Below, piece after piece: positions 1-9,993 of a DNA stretch of 64,000 nt (position 1 is the stretch's first letter; the number at the start of each line of letters is the position of its first letter). This DNA comes from Paramoeba atlantica (taxonomy: Eukaryota > Protista > Discosea): NCBI GenBank assembly GCA_977017575.1, contig CDRNVI010000032.1, forward strand, positions 248,001 to 312,000. Direction: 5' to 3'. The position numbers and the translations under genes were made by a program. The notes under the pieces are model-generated. The model was not told where the DNA came from. It ran no database searches and saw only the letters and a program-made list of their open reading frames with translations.

Positions 1-139
1 CTATTTTTTAGCATACTTTAAAAGTATGATAAAAAACAAAAGTCTTTTGTTCCTCACCACGTTTCGCATTAACACGACTTTGTTGACACAACTTTTGTTG
101 CCTCGACTTTTGTTGACATAACTTTTTTTCCGCCCTGTA
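1..139. mobile_element. Right terminus of a TA-targeting DNA transposon (Tc1/mariner/pogo type), remainder upstream of window
   Basis: Ends ...TTTTTCCGCCCTG (137) followed by TA (138-139); reverse complement reads TA-CAGGGCGG. About 15-bp subterminal repeats ACTTT(T)GTTG at 77, 91, 106. The other end is not in the window. Confidence 0.5.
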
Positions 140-313
140 TGCTAGAAAGCGAGTAATTGTTTTCTACGATTGCTAACGTTGATATCAATCTGCGCTGTAG
201 TTGAGCGCGAAGAACATGATGGCTTCTTACTTTCTATGCTTGGTTTCGAAACATACGACCATATATTTATGGTCACTCTCACTCTAATCTGTTTTCTAAA
301 AAATAAAAAGCCT

Positions 314-868
314 CTAAAATCTTCTTCGACCTGCTTCTGCTCGGCGCTGTGCAATAGTGCGCGACGAACGAGGAGCATTGCGTGATGCGTTGGACGTTGA
401 CTCGGATGTTTCATGAGATCCAGTGCCCAGCCAGGCCCAAATAAACGTACCTAAAAGAGTGAGAACTCGATACACTACGTAGATCGCCATAAACCCATAA
501 ATAATATAAAATCGGGACGAGTATAAGCTTCCTGCTTGTATCACCCAACATAACCAAAGAAAGTCCTGCGCATAGCTGTACAGACCAAGTACTTGAGCGT
601 TTGTAATGTCCTGACTGTCTAGAAGATTGTTATACTCGTCAAAGCTCGGAGATACAGCTTTGTATAAAAACCATATCATCGTCAATTGCTGCAGCAACCA
701 CAAAAACAATGGAAACCATACCGAAATATTGCGAAGTCCGGAAAGGTTTACGCGCAGCGTTCCTGATACCAAAAGCCAAAAAATATTTATTACCGCCGTA
801 ATAATCAAATAAAGACGGATCCGACGCCTCGAATTACGATAAGCTCTCTTAGCGTTTTCTCTTCCCAT
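314..868 (-). CDS. TMEM208/SND2 (DUF788) ER membrane protein
   Basis: PSFDEYNNLLDSQD...YSYAQDFLWL..VIQ...S.RF..Y pattern matches TMEM208; hydrophobic segments; first ATG at 868 (track start 874 is TTG). Confidence 0.7.
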   Translation of the reverse strand: MGRENAKRAYRNSRRRIRLYLIITAVINIFWLLVSGTLRVNLSGLRNISVWFPLFLWLLQQLTMIWFLYKAVSPSFDEYNNLLDSQDITNAQVLGLYSYAQDFLWLCWVIQAGSLYSSRFYIIYGFMAIYVVYRVLTLLGTFIWAWLGTGSHETSESTSNASRNAPRSSRTIAQRRAEAGRRRF

Positions 869-1245
869 TTTCAAGTATTACTAAAATAATCAATTTGATA
901 AAAAACAAAATAAGACTTTAGATGTGTTGATTGTGTAATTTATATGTCGAATAATGGAGTACAGGTTTTGCTTTAAAAGTTTAAATTATACTATATTAAA
1001 AATGAATGGTTTTAAATTAAAACCATTCATTTTTCACTCCTTTTTAATCTGGGTGTTGTTCTGAAAAAAATGTAACACATGTAAACAAAGTGCCCTTGTG
1101 CTAGCATGATGCATCCTTGAAATTTAAACAATGGCTAAAAGTAAAGCCTTTTGTGCCTAAATAATAGTTGTTTCTTAGATTATTTACATTGTATTCATCA
1201 TTTCTCGTTGATGATTCATTTGTTTCATGTTCATCTACGAAAATG

Positions 1246-3258
1246 TTACAGAGTAGAAACAGAGCGTTGCGCGTGTTGAGCGTCCTCTCTAGTATGAATA
1301 AATTTAATATGCTCCGTGATCTGGCGCACCGCTATAGAGCACTCTAGAGTACGGTCTTGGAAGTTTGCATCAGAAAAGTGAAGAGGCTCAGAATCAGTAT
1401 TTGTGCTAATGCTTAACTTCGCTAGAAAGTCAGCTACCGCACTGCTTTCGCTGGAAGATACATGTTTGCTCGTTATACACCGAGTTGAGAGAGAAGCTTT
1501 TTTCATCCCTGACTCTTCTTGGATTAATGTGTCATCATTTTCTACATCAAACCCCAACGCTCTACTTATTTGGGACAATTTAATTTTTGATTTCGGAGCT
1601 CTTGATTGTAAAAACTGCAATAACCAATTGGTGCGCTTTTCCTGAAACAAGCGTCGCAGTAAAAGTTGAGTGTACCTACTCGGGGCACTGTAATACAACT
1701 GAATAAGCTTAAACACGTTTTCTGTCGCCGCGGCGCGTACAACGCACTCTGCATGTTGTATCTCCGTACGACCCATATCTTTCAAGGTTAAGGCAGTGAA
1801 TTCTGCGGCAATACCGCCGGCATTACCCATTAAAGCACAATATATGAGATGAAGTGCGCCAAACTCGTATCGTGTTTCACGCGCAGAGCAACATGGTAAA
1901 CGGTGTAGAGCTTGTATGCGACCTTGCAATTGGTTGAATTCTAGAAGATCTCCAAGCTCAAGAGTCAGCCGGGCATGCGCTTCCAGAACCTCAATCGTAA
2001 ATATATTTTCAACATGTTGTATCACAAGATCTTGTCGAATAGATTTGTACTGTTCACCTAGATATTTTAAAGATTCTTCCAGTGTAGGTTTTAGCTTCGC
2101 GCGTTCCTGTACGTATTCGAAGGATTTACGCAGAACAGTTTCTGAACGAACATAATTAGGATCGCTGCGTCCTTGTAAACGAGTGTAAGTCTTTTCCAGG
2201 GCGGTACTTTTTCCTATTACAGGACATGATTCTGTCGCAATTTTGTATACCATTTGATCTGGTCTCTTTTGTTCATCAACATGCTTGTTTACATTTTCCT
2301 CCAGATTTGACGCTCCAAAGCGCTTAGCTCTTTGAAGCATACGTTCTTTTACGAGAAGGCTGTCTCGTTCCGCGCCCAAGACATCTAGAACACCGAGATT
2401 AGCTTTTCTTAATGCTTTTCGATACACTTTCTTCTCATAATATTCATAGCTGTCTTCTGATGAAACGGACAAACTTCTATAACCGTCTAGGTCATCAGAT
2501 TTCGCATTCGTAGTATGTTTATGATGACGATTCTCTGGCGAAGGAGATATTGACTTGCCTCGATGCCTAATAGGAGAAAAGGATTTTCCCTTTTTAGCGA
2601 TTTCAGGCTTTTTACTGGAATTGGAAGGAAAAGAAGCGCCTTTCTTCTGTCTATCGCCAAAACTAGATTCAACGTGGCCTGGTTTCGATCTATATTCTTT
2701 TAGCTCTATATTTTTTTCAGTTCCATCGTCATTATCTAATGTAACTTTATTTTGAATTCGGCTGTCGCAGGACGTATGACTAGATTTATCATGCAAGTGT
2801 GTACTCGCTTGTATTTTAGCCAATGTAGCTGTTGGACGTTGCGTAGCGCGCACACTGTCTCTAGTCAAGGGTGTTTTCTCCTTCTTTGATATTATATCCT
2901 CCACACCAAACTGATTCCACTTTGTAATGTCCTCTTTGACCTTCGAATCCAATGCTCTTACTCGATTTTGAAGACTCTGCCTTTCAGATTCATCTCTGAC
3001 TTGAATAAGAGCATAGGAAATTATATGTGAACGGTGTACAAGAGATTGTATTTTAGACTCTGCTTGACGGACAGCAATATTATTCTGTTCTACTCCGTGC
3101 GGATTACATGTAGATGCTTGTGCATTTCTTAGAGACGGATTTTTTGTGTTGACAAAAGAATCTTTTATCACACTTCGTGGAAGTAGCGAATGTAAGACAT
3201 GCTCTTTCGGACAAATGGGAACCTTCACTGCATCATTGTTGCACAGTCGGCAAATCAT
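1246..3258 (-). CDS. SAC3/GANP-family protein, THP3/LENG8-like
   Basis: LEKTYTRL...DPNYVRSETVLRK, YKSIRQDLVIQ, EVLEAHARLTLELGDLLEFNQ. Confidence 0.85.
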   Translation of the reverse strand: MICRLCNNDAVKVPICPKEHVLHSLLPRSVIKDSFVNTKNPSLRNAQASTCNPHGVEQNNIAVRQAESKIQSLVHRSHIISYALIQVRDESERQSLQNRVRALDSKVKEDITKWNQFGVEDIISKKEKTPLTRDSVRATQRPTATLAKIQASTHLHDKSSHTSCDSRIQNKVTLDNDDGTEKNIELKEYRSKPGHVESSFGDRQKKGASFPSNSSKKPEIAKKGKSFSPIRHRGKSISPSPENRHHKHTTNAKSDDLDGYRSLSVSSEDSYEYYEKKVYRKALRKANLGVLDVLGAERDSLLVKERMLQRAKRFGASNLEENVNKHVDEQKRPDQMVYKIATESCPVIGKSTALEKTYTRLQGRSDPNYVRSETVLRKSFEYVQERAKLKPTLEESLKYLGEQYKSIRQDLVIQHVENIFTIEVLEAHARLTLELGDLLEFNQLQGRIQALHRLPCCSARETRYEFGALHLIYCALMGNAGGIAAEFTALTLKDMGRTEIQHAECVVRAAATENVFKLIQLYYSAPSRYTQLLLRRLFQEKRTNWLLQFLQSRAPKSKIKLSQISRALGFDVENDDTLIQEESGMKKASLSTRCITSKHVSSSESSAVADFLAKLSISTNTDSEPLHFSDANFQDRTLECSIAVRQITEHIKFIHTREDAQHAQRSVSTL

Positions 3259-3399
3259 TGGGTTGACATCTCTTATTATCTAGATAAAAAATATGATAAT
3301 CAGTGTAAATGTATGCATCGCAGATAAAAAATAATATGAAAGAGAAAGTAAAACAAAGAAAAATTCAAGCACCGAAAAAGGAGAAAATCGTAAAGAAAA
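3259..3399 (-). promoter_or_regulatory. Polypyrimidine-rich intergenic region, probable trans-splicing signal for THP3-like gene
   Basis: A/G-rich + strand (T/C-rich on the sense strand) upstream of the ATG; similar tracts precede NOG1 (44503-44540) and H2B (63298-63350). Function inferred from kinetoplastid biology. Confidence 0.5.
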
Positions 3400-4374
3400 T
3401 TATGCTCTGCGCTCTGCGTTACGTCGTAAAATAATGAACGCTAGAATAAAAATTCCCAGCACAACCAGAGTTACCCATTCATGTAGACCTACGAGAGGCT
3501 TTGTCCCATAGACTCCATTTTCGGCTTGACCAATTGCAAAGTCGGCCAATAAAGACCCGACTCGGACAACAAGAAGACTTTGTGGTATGATTCCCAAGAA
3601 AGTGGACAAAATATAAGGACGAAGTGGAACACCTACAATGGGAGAAGCCAAGTTGATAAACCAATTTGGAAGCAAAGGTGATATTCTTAAAAACATTAAG
3701 TAAATGAATTGGTGGCGACGGTGTTCATTTAATTTCTGTCTAAACAACGGAAGATACGAACCATTCGTGAAGAACTGATCCAGAGAGTGAATTAAAGGGT
3801 ATCCCACGATCCGAGATAGCCCATAACCGCTGCATGCACCCAAAGTACCAGCTAATACACATATGGGAAATGCAATCCAAGGACCGTAGAGAGCACCGCA
3901 CACAACATTGATAACAAGAGTGCCTGGAATACACAGAGTTTGCAAAAAAGCATAAATGAGAACTAAGACACTCAATACGCTAGTTGGATATGCTGCGGAT
4001 AGTGCGCGCAGGTGGGTAGTGATTTCTCCTGCTCCTTGAAATGTAGTAGGGTGCTGAACATTTCGGAATATGTTAATTACATGAGAAATTTGAACGTGAG
4101 AAAAGGTTTTTACGCACATTAACCCAATAAAGAGAGGAAGGAGAAAAGCCACAAGCGCAGGTAGTATAGGCAGACGGATAGAAATATTGTCGTCTATAAT
4201 GGCAACTTGGCTTTTCGGAGTGGGAGTACTCATGGAGGAAGACGGAGGATATTTTTTGCACAGCATATCACGTTCGCTCTTATATTTTTGAATTTTTGTA
4301 TATAAGTATTTGAAGTAGGTGAGGATGACGCCCACAGAAAGAGCTAGAATCTTTCCTTTAGCTGGTATGACCAT
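3400..4374 (-). CDS. TMEM41/DedA (SNARE-associated Golgi, VTT domain) membrane protein
   Basis: FLQTLCIPGT.VINVVCGALYG and FLRISPLLPNWFINLASPIVGVP motifs. Confidence 0.9.
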   Translation of the reverse strand: MVIPAKGKILALSVGVILTYFKYLYTKIQKYKSERDMLCKKYPPSSSMSTPTPKSQVAIIDDNISIRLPILPALVAFLLPLFIGLMCVKTFSHVQISHVINIFRNVQHPTTFQGAGEITTHLRALSAAYPTSVLSVLVLIYAFLQTLCIPGTLVINVVCGALYGPWIAFPICVLAGTLGACSGYGLSRIVGYPLIHSLDQFFTNGSYLPLFRQKLNEHRRHQFIYLMFLRISPLLPNWFINLASPIVGVPLRPYILSTFLGIIPQSLLVVRVGSLLADFAIGQAENGVYGTKPLVGLHEWVTLVVLGIFILAFIILRRNAERRA

Positions 4375-4539
4375 TATTCGTTATTTCAAAGGAAAAAAAT
4401 GACGGAATATGATATTTTTATGTATTTTGGTGCGCTCAAAGTTACATAAAGATTTAACTTCAAGGTAAATACACTGTAAGTGTATTATGCATCATTCTAA
4501 AAGGCGCTAAATGATGATTGGTGCTACAATACATGTAAA

Positions 4540-5134
4540 ATATGATCATATTTATTCCAAAGTGGTCGTCACTATTCTCAGAATCCGTAATTGAACATTG
4601 ACATACGAAAAAGAATTCCGCTTCCCCCTTCGCATTATGTAACTTAGGATCCAAAGCGCGTGTCACGATACTCGTCGGCACATCTATGGCCGGAGAAAAG
4701 CTTCCTCTCCAGTTTGTGCTTAAAGGGACACCAAATCCTAAATCGAGAAACCCTTACAGGAGAATGCTTGGGCGGATGCTCGCGTTTGCTGTCAGGCTCT
4801 TCGCCACATGGCCAGCATAATGCCGGGAAACGTATTCTGGATTTTAAACCGATTTTTGGGACATCTCAACCTTCCATCTATTTTGGAAAATATGTGCGGC
4901 GACGTCTATACTGGAGGCGAGGTTCGTTTTGGCCCTCCCGGTATGACCCACATTTGACAACCCACAGATCTCAGCATTATTAAAATGTTTAAAATTAACT
5001 ACGCGGATCTGATACAACTGGAAGCTGAAAAAAGCGATTCGCCTCTGCAATACATTCCTTCCTGGAATACTGCACTGTATGGTGCAAGTAGCCAATGCGG
5101 CTTGGAATATGGTTTCCGGAAGCGCAATAAAATC
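4540..5134 (+). pseudogene. pogo/Tigger-type (DDE_1) transposase remnant, 5' part
   Basis: Read across frames: GSKARVTILVGTSMAGEKLPLQFVLKG (4647+), frameshift, ENAWAD (4760+), WILNRFLGH (catalytic D to N), GPPGMTHI*QPTDLSIIKMFKINY (TGA at 4955), frameshift, VANAAWNMVSGSAIKS. No 5' HTH or TIR found. Confidence 0.8.
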
Positions 5135-5444
5135 CATACCTTTTATGGGTCCGTGGGTCCGAACCCGGGTCCCCGGACCCAGGGACCCACGGACCTGGGT
5201 CCGGACCCACGTAACAGCCGTAATATACACTCAAATCTTCATTCAATACATCAATATACACTCAAATCAATGTATACTCAAATCTTCATGCTGATTATTT
5301 AAAAAATCTTATCAAAAACTTTTGGGATATATGCTAATTCATCAGTGATGTTGGTTTTGCAATCATACATGTACTGTATGTACAGTTTTCTTTAATTTTT
5401 TTATTACTTGAAGCTTCGAAACCTATTTCTTAGCCAAATCTTAT

Positions 5445-6829
5445 TTGATGGAACACTCTTCGCCTCCTCCGACGAACATGGACTCAAGTCAAGACCGATC
5501 TCCGGATCCAGGTCGGAGACGATTGTCCGGGCGAAAATTCATGACGGAAGGTGCCTTCCCACAAGACTTCTCTCTCATGCGATGTGCATCAGATTGTATG
5601 TACTCTCACGAAGGCATACCGTTAAATGCCAACGGCTTTGAGCAGCACTACGAGTGCAAGCACTGTAAATGGTCCTCGCACGGCAAGTACAAAAATCATT
5701 ATCTGGAGCATCGTCGTGTTTGTCAGGATAAAATTTCTTCTGAGCGAACTTCAGATCTCTGCGACCATGCACAGTACATGGATAAAGTTACGCATTTTAA
5801 TACAAACGTTTTACCATGCTTATACGCGATGACAAACCTTCCTGGAAGTAGATACATATGGTTTTTAAATATGTATGAAAGTCTGATGAGAAAGTCTCAT
5901 CAGAAATGCTTTTGCAGGCGCGGCCCAAAGCTCTCCATGAAATGCATGCACTTACCGCTAGATTGGCGGACGAATTATGGAAAATTTTGTGCTCCGACAT
6001 TGACACGTACTCCTATTTTGGATTGGCTGTAGACACGGGTATTGACCGTTTAAAAGCTGAGCACATAATGATACGTAGTGCTTTACGTGGAACGTCACGA
6101 GTATGTTCTCCCTCCTATTTATTCCACAAAACACAAGGCGTATGATGGCTATGCCATGGCCAGAGAGCTTATGGACTGTTTATCTAGCAACTTGGGGGAA
6201 GAACGACTTCTCAAGCTCAAATTTTTAATGGTGGACGGTTCTACGGTAAATTACGTTGCCTGTGTTCATTGTGAGGGATTCCTAAAGACGATCTAAGATC
6301 GTATGTCTCTTGTCGGTGACAATGATCTGGAAAATATAGAGCTTGGTGTCAATCGGTTGTGTCGGGTCTCAGTTTGGGCGTCCATGCGAGCAAGAACCCA
6401 TTTCAGTTGCACAAGCCAATAATTTGTTTGATGACAGACTTAGTGAAGAGCCATTGTTTTCGATATCGGAGCAGGAATGGAAGGAATATATGGAATGTGA
6501 GGATTATGAGTGGGATCAAAAATGAATACGAATGGTGGTGTACCATCGGAAGAGTGTATTTCCCGAAGGTGTTTGTCGCAGCACGACATTACCTATGGAT
6601 CCCAGTTGTTGTGACGAAGTGCGATTCTATCTTATCCATTCTTGCCTATATGTTCAACTCTCGCCAGGCTTCGATTTCTCCCGCAGTAATCTCAAATCAA
6701 ATATTCATAAGAGCCAATTGTGAGAAATTGGGATATCTATCTTTTGAAGAATGTAGCTCTAGTGATTCAGAGAGTAGTGCACAGGAAAGCGATTGTATCA
6801 TGACGGAGGATTCCTTAGATGACATTTGA
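5445..6829 (+). pseudogene. hAT transposase pseudogene (BED-like finger, catalytic motifs, dimerization domain)
   Basis: CKHC...HRRVC finger; FGLAVDTGID; FLMVDGSTVN; C-terminal EWW...YFPKV..AARHYLWIP....CDSILS....RQASISPAVISNQIFIRAN. At least four frameshifts, a stop and a large internal deletion. Confidence 0.85.
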
Positions 6830-6842
6830 TACTTCAATACTC

Positions 6843-7188
6843 CATAGTAAGAGGGTAGAACATATTCAGCGTCCACAGCTCTGTTTTTTTTTGAAAATTT
6901 CGGTGCTTTCTCTCGGTGTCGAGCCATACTCAAGCTTCATAGTAAGAGGGTTTGTTATAAAGTTTCTTTTATTGTTATGCAGCGTCCACAGCTCCGTTTC
7001 TTTTTGTGTCCTATCCGAGATTTTCTGTGGTTTTTCTCGGTGTCGAGCCATACCCAAACTTCATAGTAAGAGGATTTGTAATAAGGTTTCTTTTGTTGAA
7101 ATACATTCAGCGTCCACAGCTCCGTTTCATTTTGTGTCCTATCTGAGAATTTCTGTGGTTTTTCTCGGTGTCGAGCCATACCCAATTT
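6843..7188. repeat. Three tandem imperfect copies of a 95-127 bp unit
   Basis: Units start CATAGTAAGAGG at 6843, 6938, 7062; all contain CAGCGTCCACAGCTC and TCTCGGTGTCGAGCCATAC. Confidence 0.9.
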
Positions 7189-7508
7189 TATCATGCACGT
7201 ATTATATACTAAGAAAATATAGTACGATGTACAAGGAGTATAGCCAAAAGATAGCCCAAATATCGCATCATTCTACAAAGACAATTTTTTAAAAATTGTA
7301 CTTTAATCGAACTTCATGTCCATCAACGCAATAAGAAGGCAACGAGAATGATACACATCTCTTCATGTGCAGGAACAAATTATCTCTAGCATCTCTAACT
7401 AGTAGCCCGGGGCACCAAGGTGTCCGTTTCCCCTTAAACCACGGGCCAGTCCAAGAGTGCACGTGTGACGCCTTTTTTCGCACTATGAGCCCTAATGAGT
7501 GTAACATA

Positions 7509-9070
7509 CAGGGGGGTGCACGAAAATATGGGGGGGTCAAAATTCTTATAACTCGGCCAATTTTGGAAAATAATAGCGCATTCGAGAGCTCTCGCAGAGT
7601 TACGTGTCATGTGATAATGTGTTTCCCGCATTTTTTAATTTTTTAAAAAAATTAAAAAAATTATGATTTTTCAAAGTGCAGAATTCTGCAGTTTTTTGAA
7701 TAAAATACCTTTTTTTTGTGAATTTATCGACTTTTTTGATCCTATTACACTGCCATGCCCCAGAAAAGGTCATATTCGAATAATAAAAAGGTGCAGAAAC
7801 GGAGTAGATTTTGCTATTCGCCTCGTGGGCAACTTAAAGCATCTCATAGGATACTTTTGGTTAAAAAATTTGAGGAAACAAATTCTTTTTCAGCTGTCGC
7901 CAAGACGTTTAGGTGTCACGAGGACACTGTCAAGCGTTGGGTGCAGCGTTACGAAGAGACTGGTGAGGTCGATAGGTCTCCCTATAAAACTCGCCAATCT
8001 CCTGTAATATCTGACCCTCTGTTGAAGCGAGCACTCAATCTTATTGATCAAGCAACAAGGAATGAAACCTACGGTATCGCTTCTTGGGGTCACCTTCTGA
8101 ACCTTCTTGTAGGAGAGGGTTTCATATGCTCCCGTCGCGCTCTGATACGTTCCCTCAAGAAGGAGGGTATCATATCCCGCACAGTCCCCCGGAACCTACA
8201 CTCACAAAGGAGCAGAAAAGGAAACGAGTAGAGCTATGCCAGGAGTTGGCAACATGGACCCCTGCTCAGCTTGAGGCTATCGTCTGGACAGACGAGAAAA
8301 AATTTACTTGCGGGGGCAGCCGCAAAATTACCTACCTTTGCCGTCGTTCAGACCCCCCAAAGGAGCACGCCGGTGAGCGGGAAAAGTGGTTGGGGGGTGA
8401 TGGTATTATGGTGTGGATGGGGGTCAGCATTAAGCTAGGTTTCTTTTTTCATGAATTCCCCAACAAAGATCAACAGGGTAATAAAATTTCAGTGAATGGG
8501 CACCTTTTCAAAAAAACTATGCTACAACGTAACGGTTTCTTATCTTTTTTACGAAGACATCGGGGGGCAGTCGTTGCTATGGATAATTGTCCAATTCACA
8601 ATAGCACTCGTCGTGCCTTTAATGATGAAGGAGTGAAGATGTTGTGTTGGCCACCCAAATCCACAGATTTAAACCCAATAGAAAACATTTGAGGAATAAT
8701 GGACGAGCATAAAAACGCGCTTTGTCCAACGAATCGTGAAGATTTGAGGCGAGCGATCGCTTGTGGGGTCGAAAAATTAAAGGGGGAGCAATACGATGTA
8801 TTTTTGAGAACTTTAAAGAGTGTTCCAACGCGTGTGAAAATTGTGTTGGAGAAAAAGGTGGAAATTGTGGATACTAACTTTTTTACCAAAAAAAAAACTT
8901 GCAGTTGCCCTATTTACGGTATTCAGGAGAATGCATATACCTGGAAACTACATAAAACGTAATATCACATGACACGTAACTCTGGGAGAGCTCTCGAATG
9001 CGCTATTATTTTCCAAAATTGGCCGAGTTATAAGAATTTTGACCCCCCCATATTTTCGTGCATCCCCCTG
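7509..9070 (+). mobile_element. Tc1/mariner (ITm) element, 1562 bp, 108-bp TIRs, TA TSD
   Basis: TIRs 7509-7616 and 8963-9070 (CAGGGGG[G/A]TGCACGAAAATATGGGGGGGTCAAAATT...) differ at 2 positions; TA at 7507-8 and 9071-2. Confidence 0.97.
7755..8962 (+). pseudogene. Tc1-like transposase with one frameshift and one nonsense codon
   Basis: HTH (AVAKTFRCHEDTVKRWVQRYEETG); one A missing near 8192 (restoring it gives VPRKPTLTKEQKRKR); WTDEK, MDNCPIH, WPPKSTDLNPIENI then TGA at 8690 where W is expected. Confidence 0.92.
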
Positions 9071-9263
9071 TATGTGAATCGTTGCACAATGCGCATGCAG
9101 TAGCACATGTGCTATCCCCATACTGCAGCGATCCTTCAATTACTTCACCGACGCTCCATACTGGATATGAGAAATGGTATGTCTCTATGGTGGGTCCGTG
9201 GGTCCGAGGACCCGGGTTCATGGACCCGGGTGGGTCCGGACCCAGGGGACCCGCAAAGGTATG

Positions 9264-9499
9264 TAAAGTCATGCTGGGAGAGCGATGAGTATTATGAAAA
9301 TTCGGGAAACTGGATAGGAAAGAAGAAGTATAGCTCCGCACGCAGCCCCGACGAAGGAATTCAATTTCCTACAGCGCCTAATTTCTTGCTGGAGTCAAAG
9401 GACGACGTTGAAGACTTCATCTGGGTGAGTGACTCAGAATCTGAAGTTGAAGAGGGGGAAGACGAAGTAGAAAGGATTTCAAAATTACAAATTAACTAA
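9264..9499 (+). pseudogene. 3' part of the pogo-type transposase interrupted at 5134
   Basis: Joining 5134 to 9271 gives AWNMVSGSAIKSCWESDEYY in frame, followed by an acidic tail ending TAA at 9499. Confidence 0.7.
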
Positions 9500-9542
9500 A
9501 GTTCTGCTGCTAAGTTTCGGAAAGAAAGTAGGACTAGTTTAT

Positions 9543-9594
9543 TACTTTATCATACGTTTAGGTACTTTATTATACGTTTAGGTACTTTATCATA
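9543..9594. repeat. 20-bp tandem repeat, about 2.6 copies
   Basis: TACTTTAT(C/T)ATACGTTTAGG at 9543, 9563 and partial at 9583. Confidence 0.9.
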
Positions 9595-9993
9595 AGGAAC
9601 TTTATTTGTTCTTTTAGTACCTATACATGTATTTTTAGATACTGATTTTACCTGCGACTTTACTAATTCCTTTAAAAACCATAATTCCCGGACGTTGAGA
9701 TTTCGATCCAGAGACCCGCCAAAAAGATCGTCACCCCTCCGGCAGGGTCATCACCTCCACCACTAGTAGCTGAATTTTCGTGCGGATGTTTACTTTTCGA
9801 AGCCCAGATTGCACAACATCACTTTTGATCCATTCTCATTTTCAGGGCCTTGTTTTAGTTGAACGTTGACATGATAATTTTCCATTATTGTGTGAGTCAT
9901 TCTCATTTTCATACTCTCAGATTGGTGACGACCACTGTATTGGCGGAGTAAGCCTCCTACGCATAGTTTGCGGAGAGTATTGCTGCCCATGGT

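Larger units (their letters stand above)
5135..9263 (+). mobile_element. hAT-family DNA transposon (decayed) containing a nested Tc1-like element
   Basis: Imperfect TIRs: CATACCTTTTATGGGTCCG-TGGGTCCGAACCC at 5135 versus reverse complement from 9263 CATACCTTT-GCGGGTCCCCTGGGTCCGGACCC. Seven exact GGGTCC/GGACCC hexamers at each end. Flanks TAAAATC / TAAAGTC are TSD-like. Confidence 0.75.

Noticed and set aside
8150-8231. Programmed frameshift joining the two Tc1 ORFs, as in IS630
   Set aside because: No slippery heptamer; a single lost A in CGG AAA CCT explains it, and the copy also has a nonsense codon.
8690-8692. In-frame TGA at a Trp position (also TGA at 4599, 4955, 60603, 60669) suggesting UGA reassignment
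   Set aside because: TGA ends host genes here (Slu7, bL20m, PSMA5) and TGG encodes Trp throughout, including in the same transposases. The codons occur only in decayed elements and are one step from TGG, CGA or TTA.
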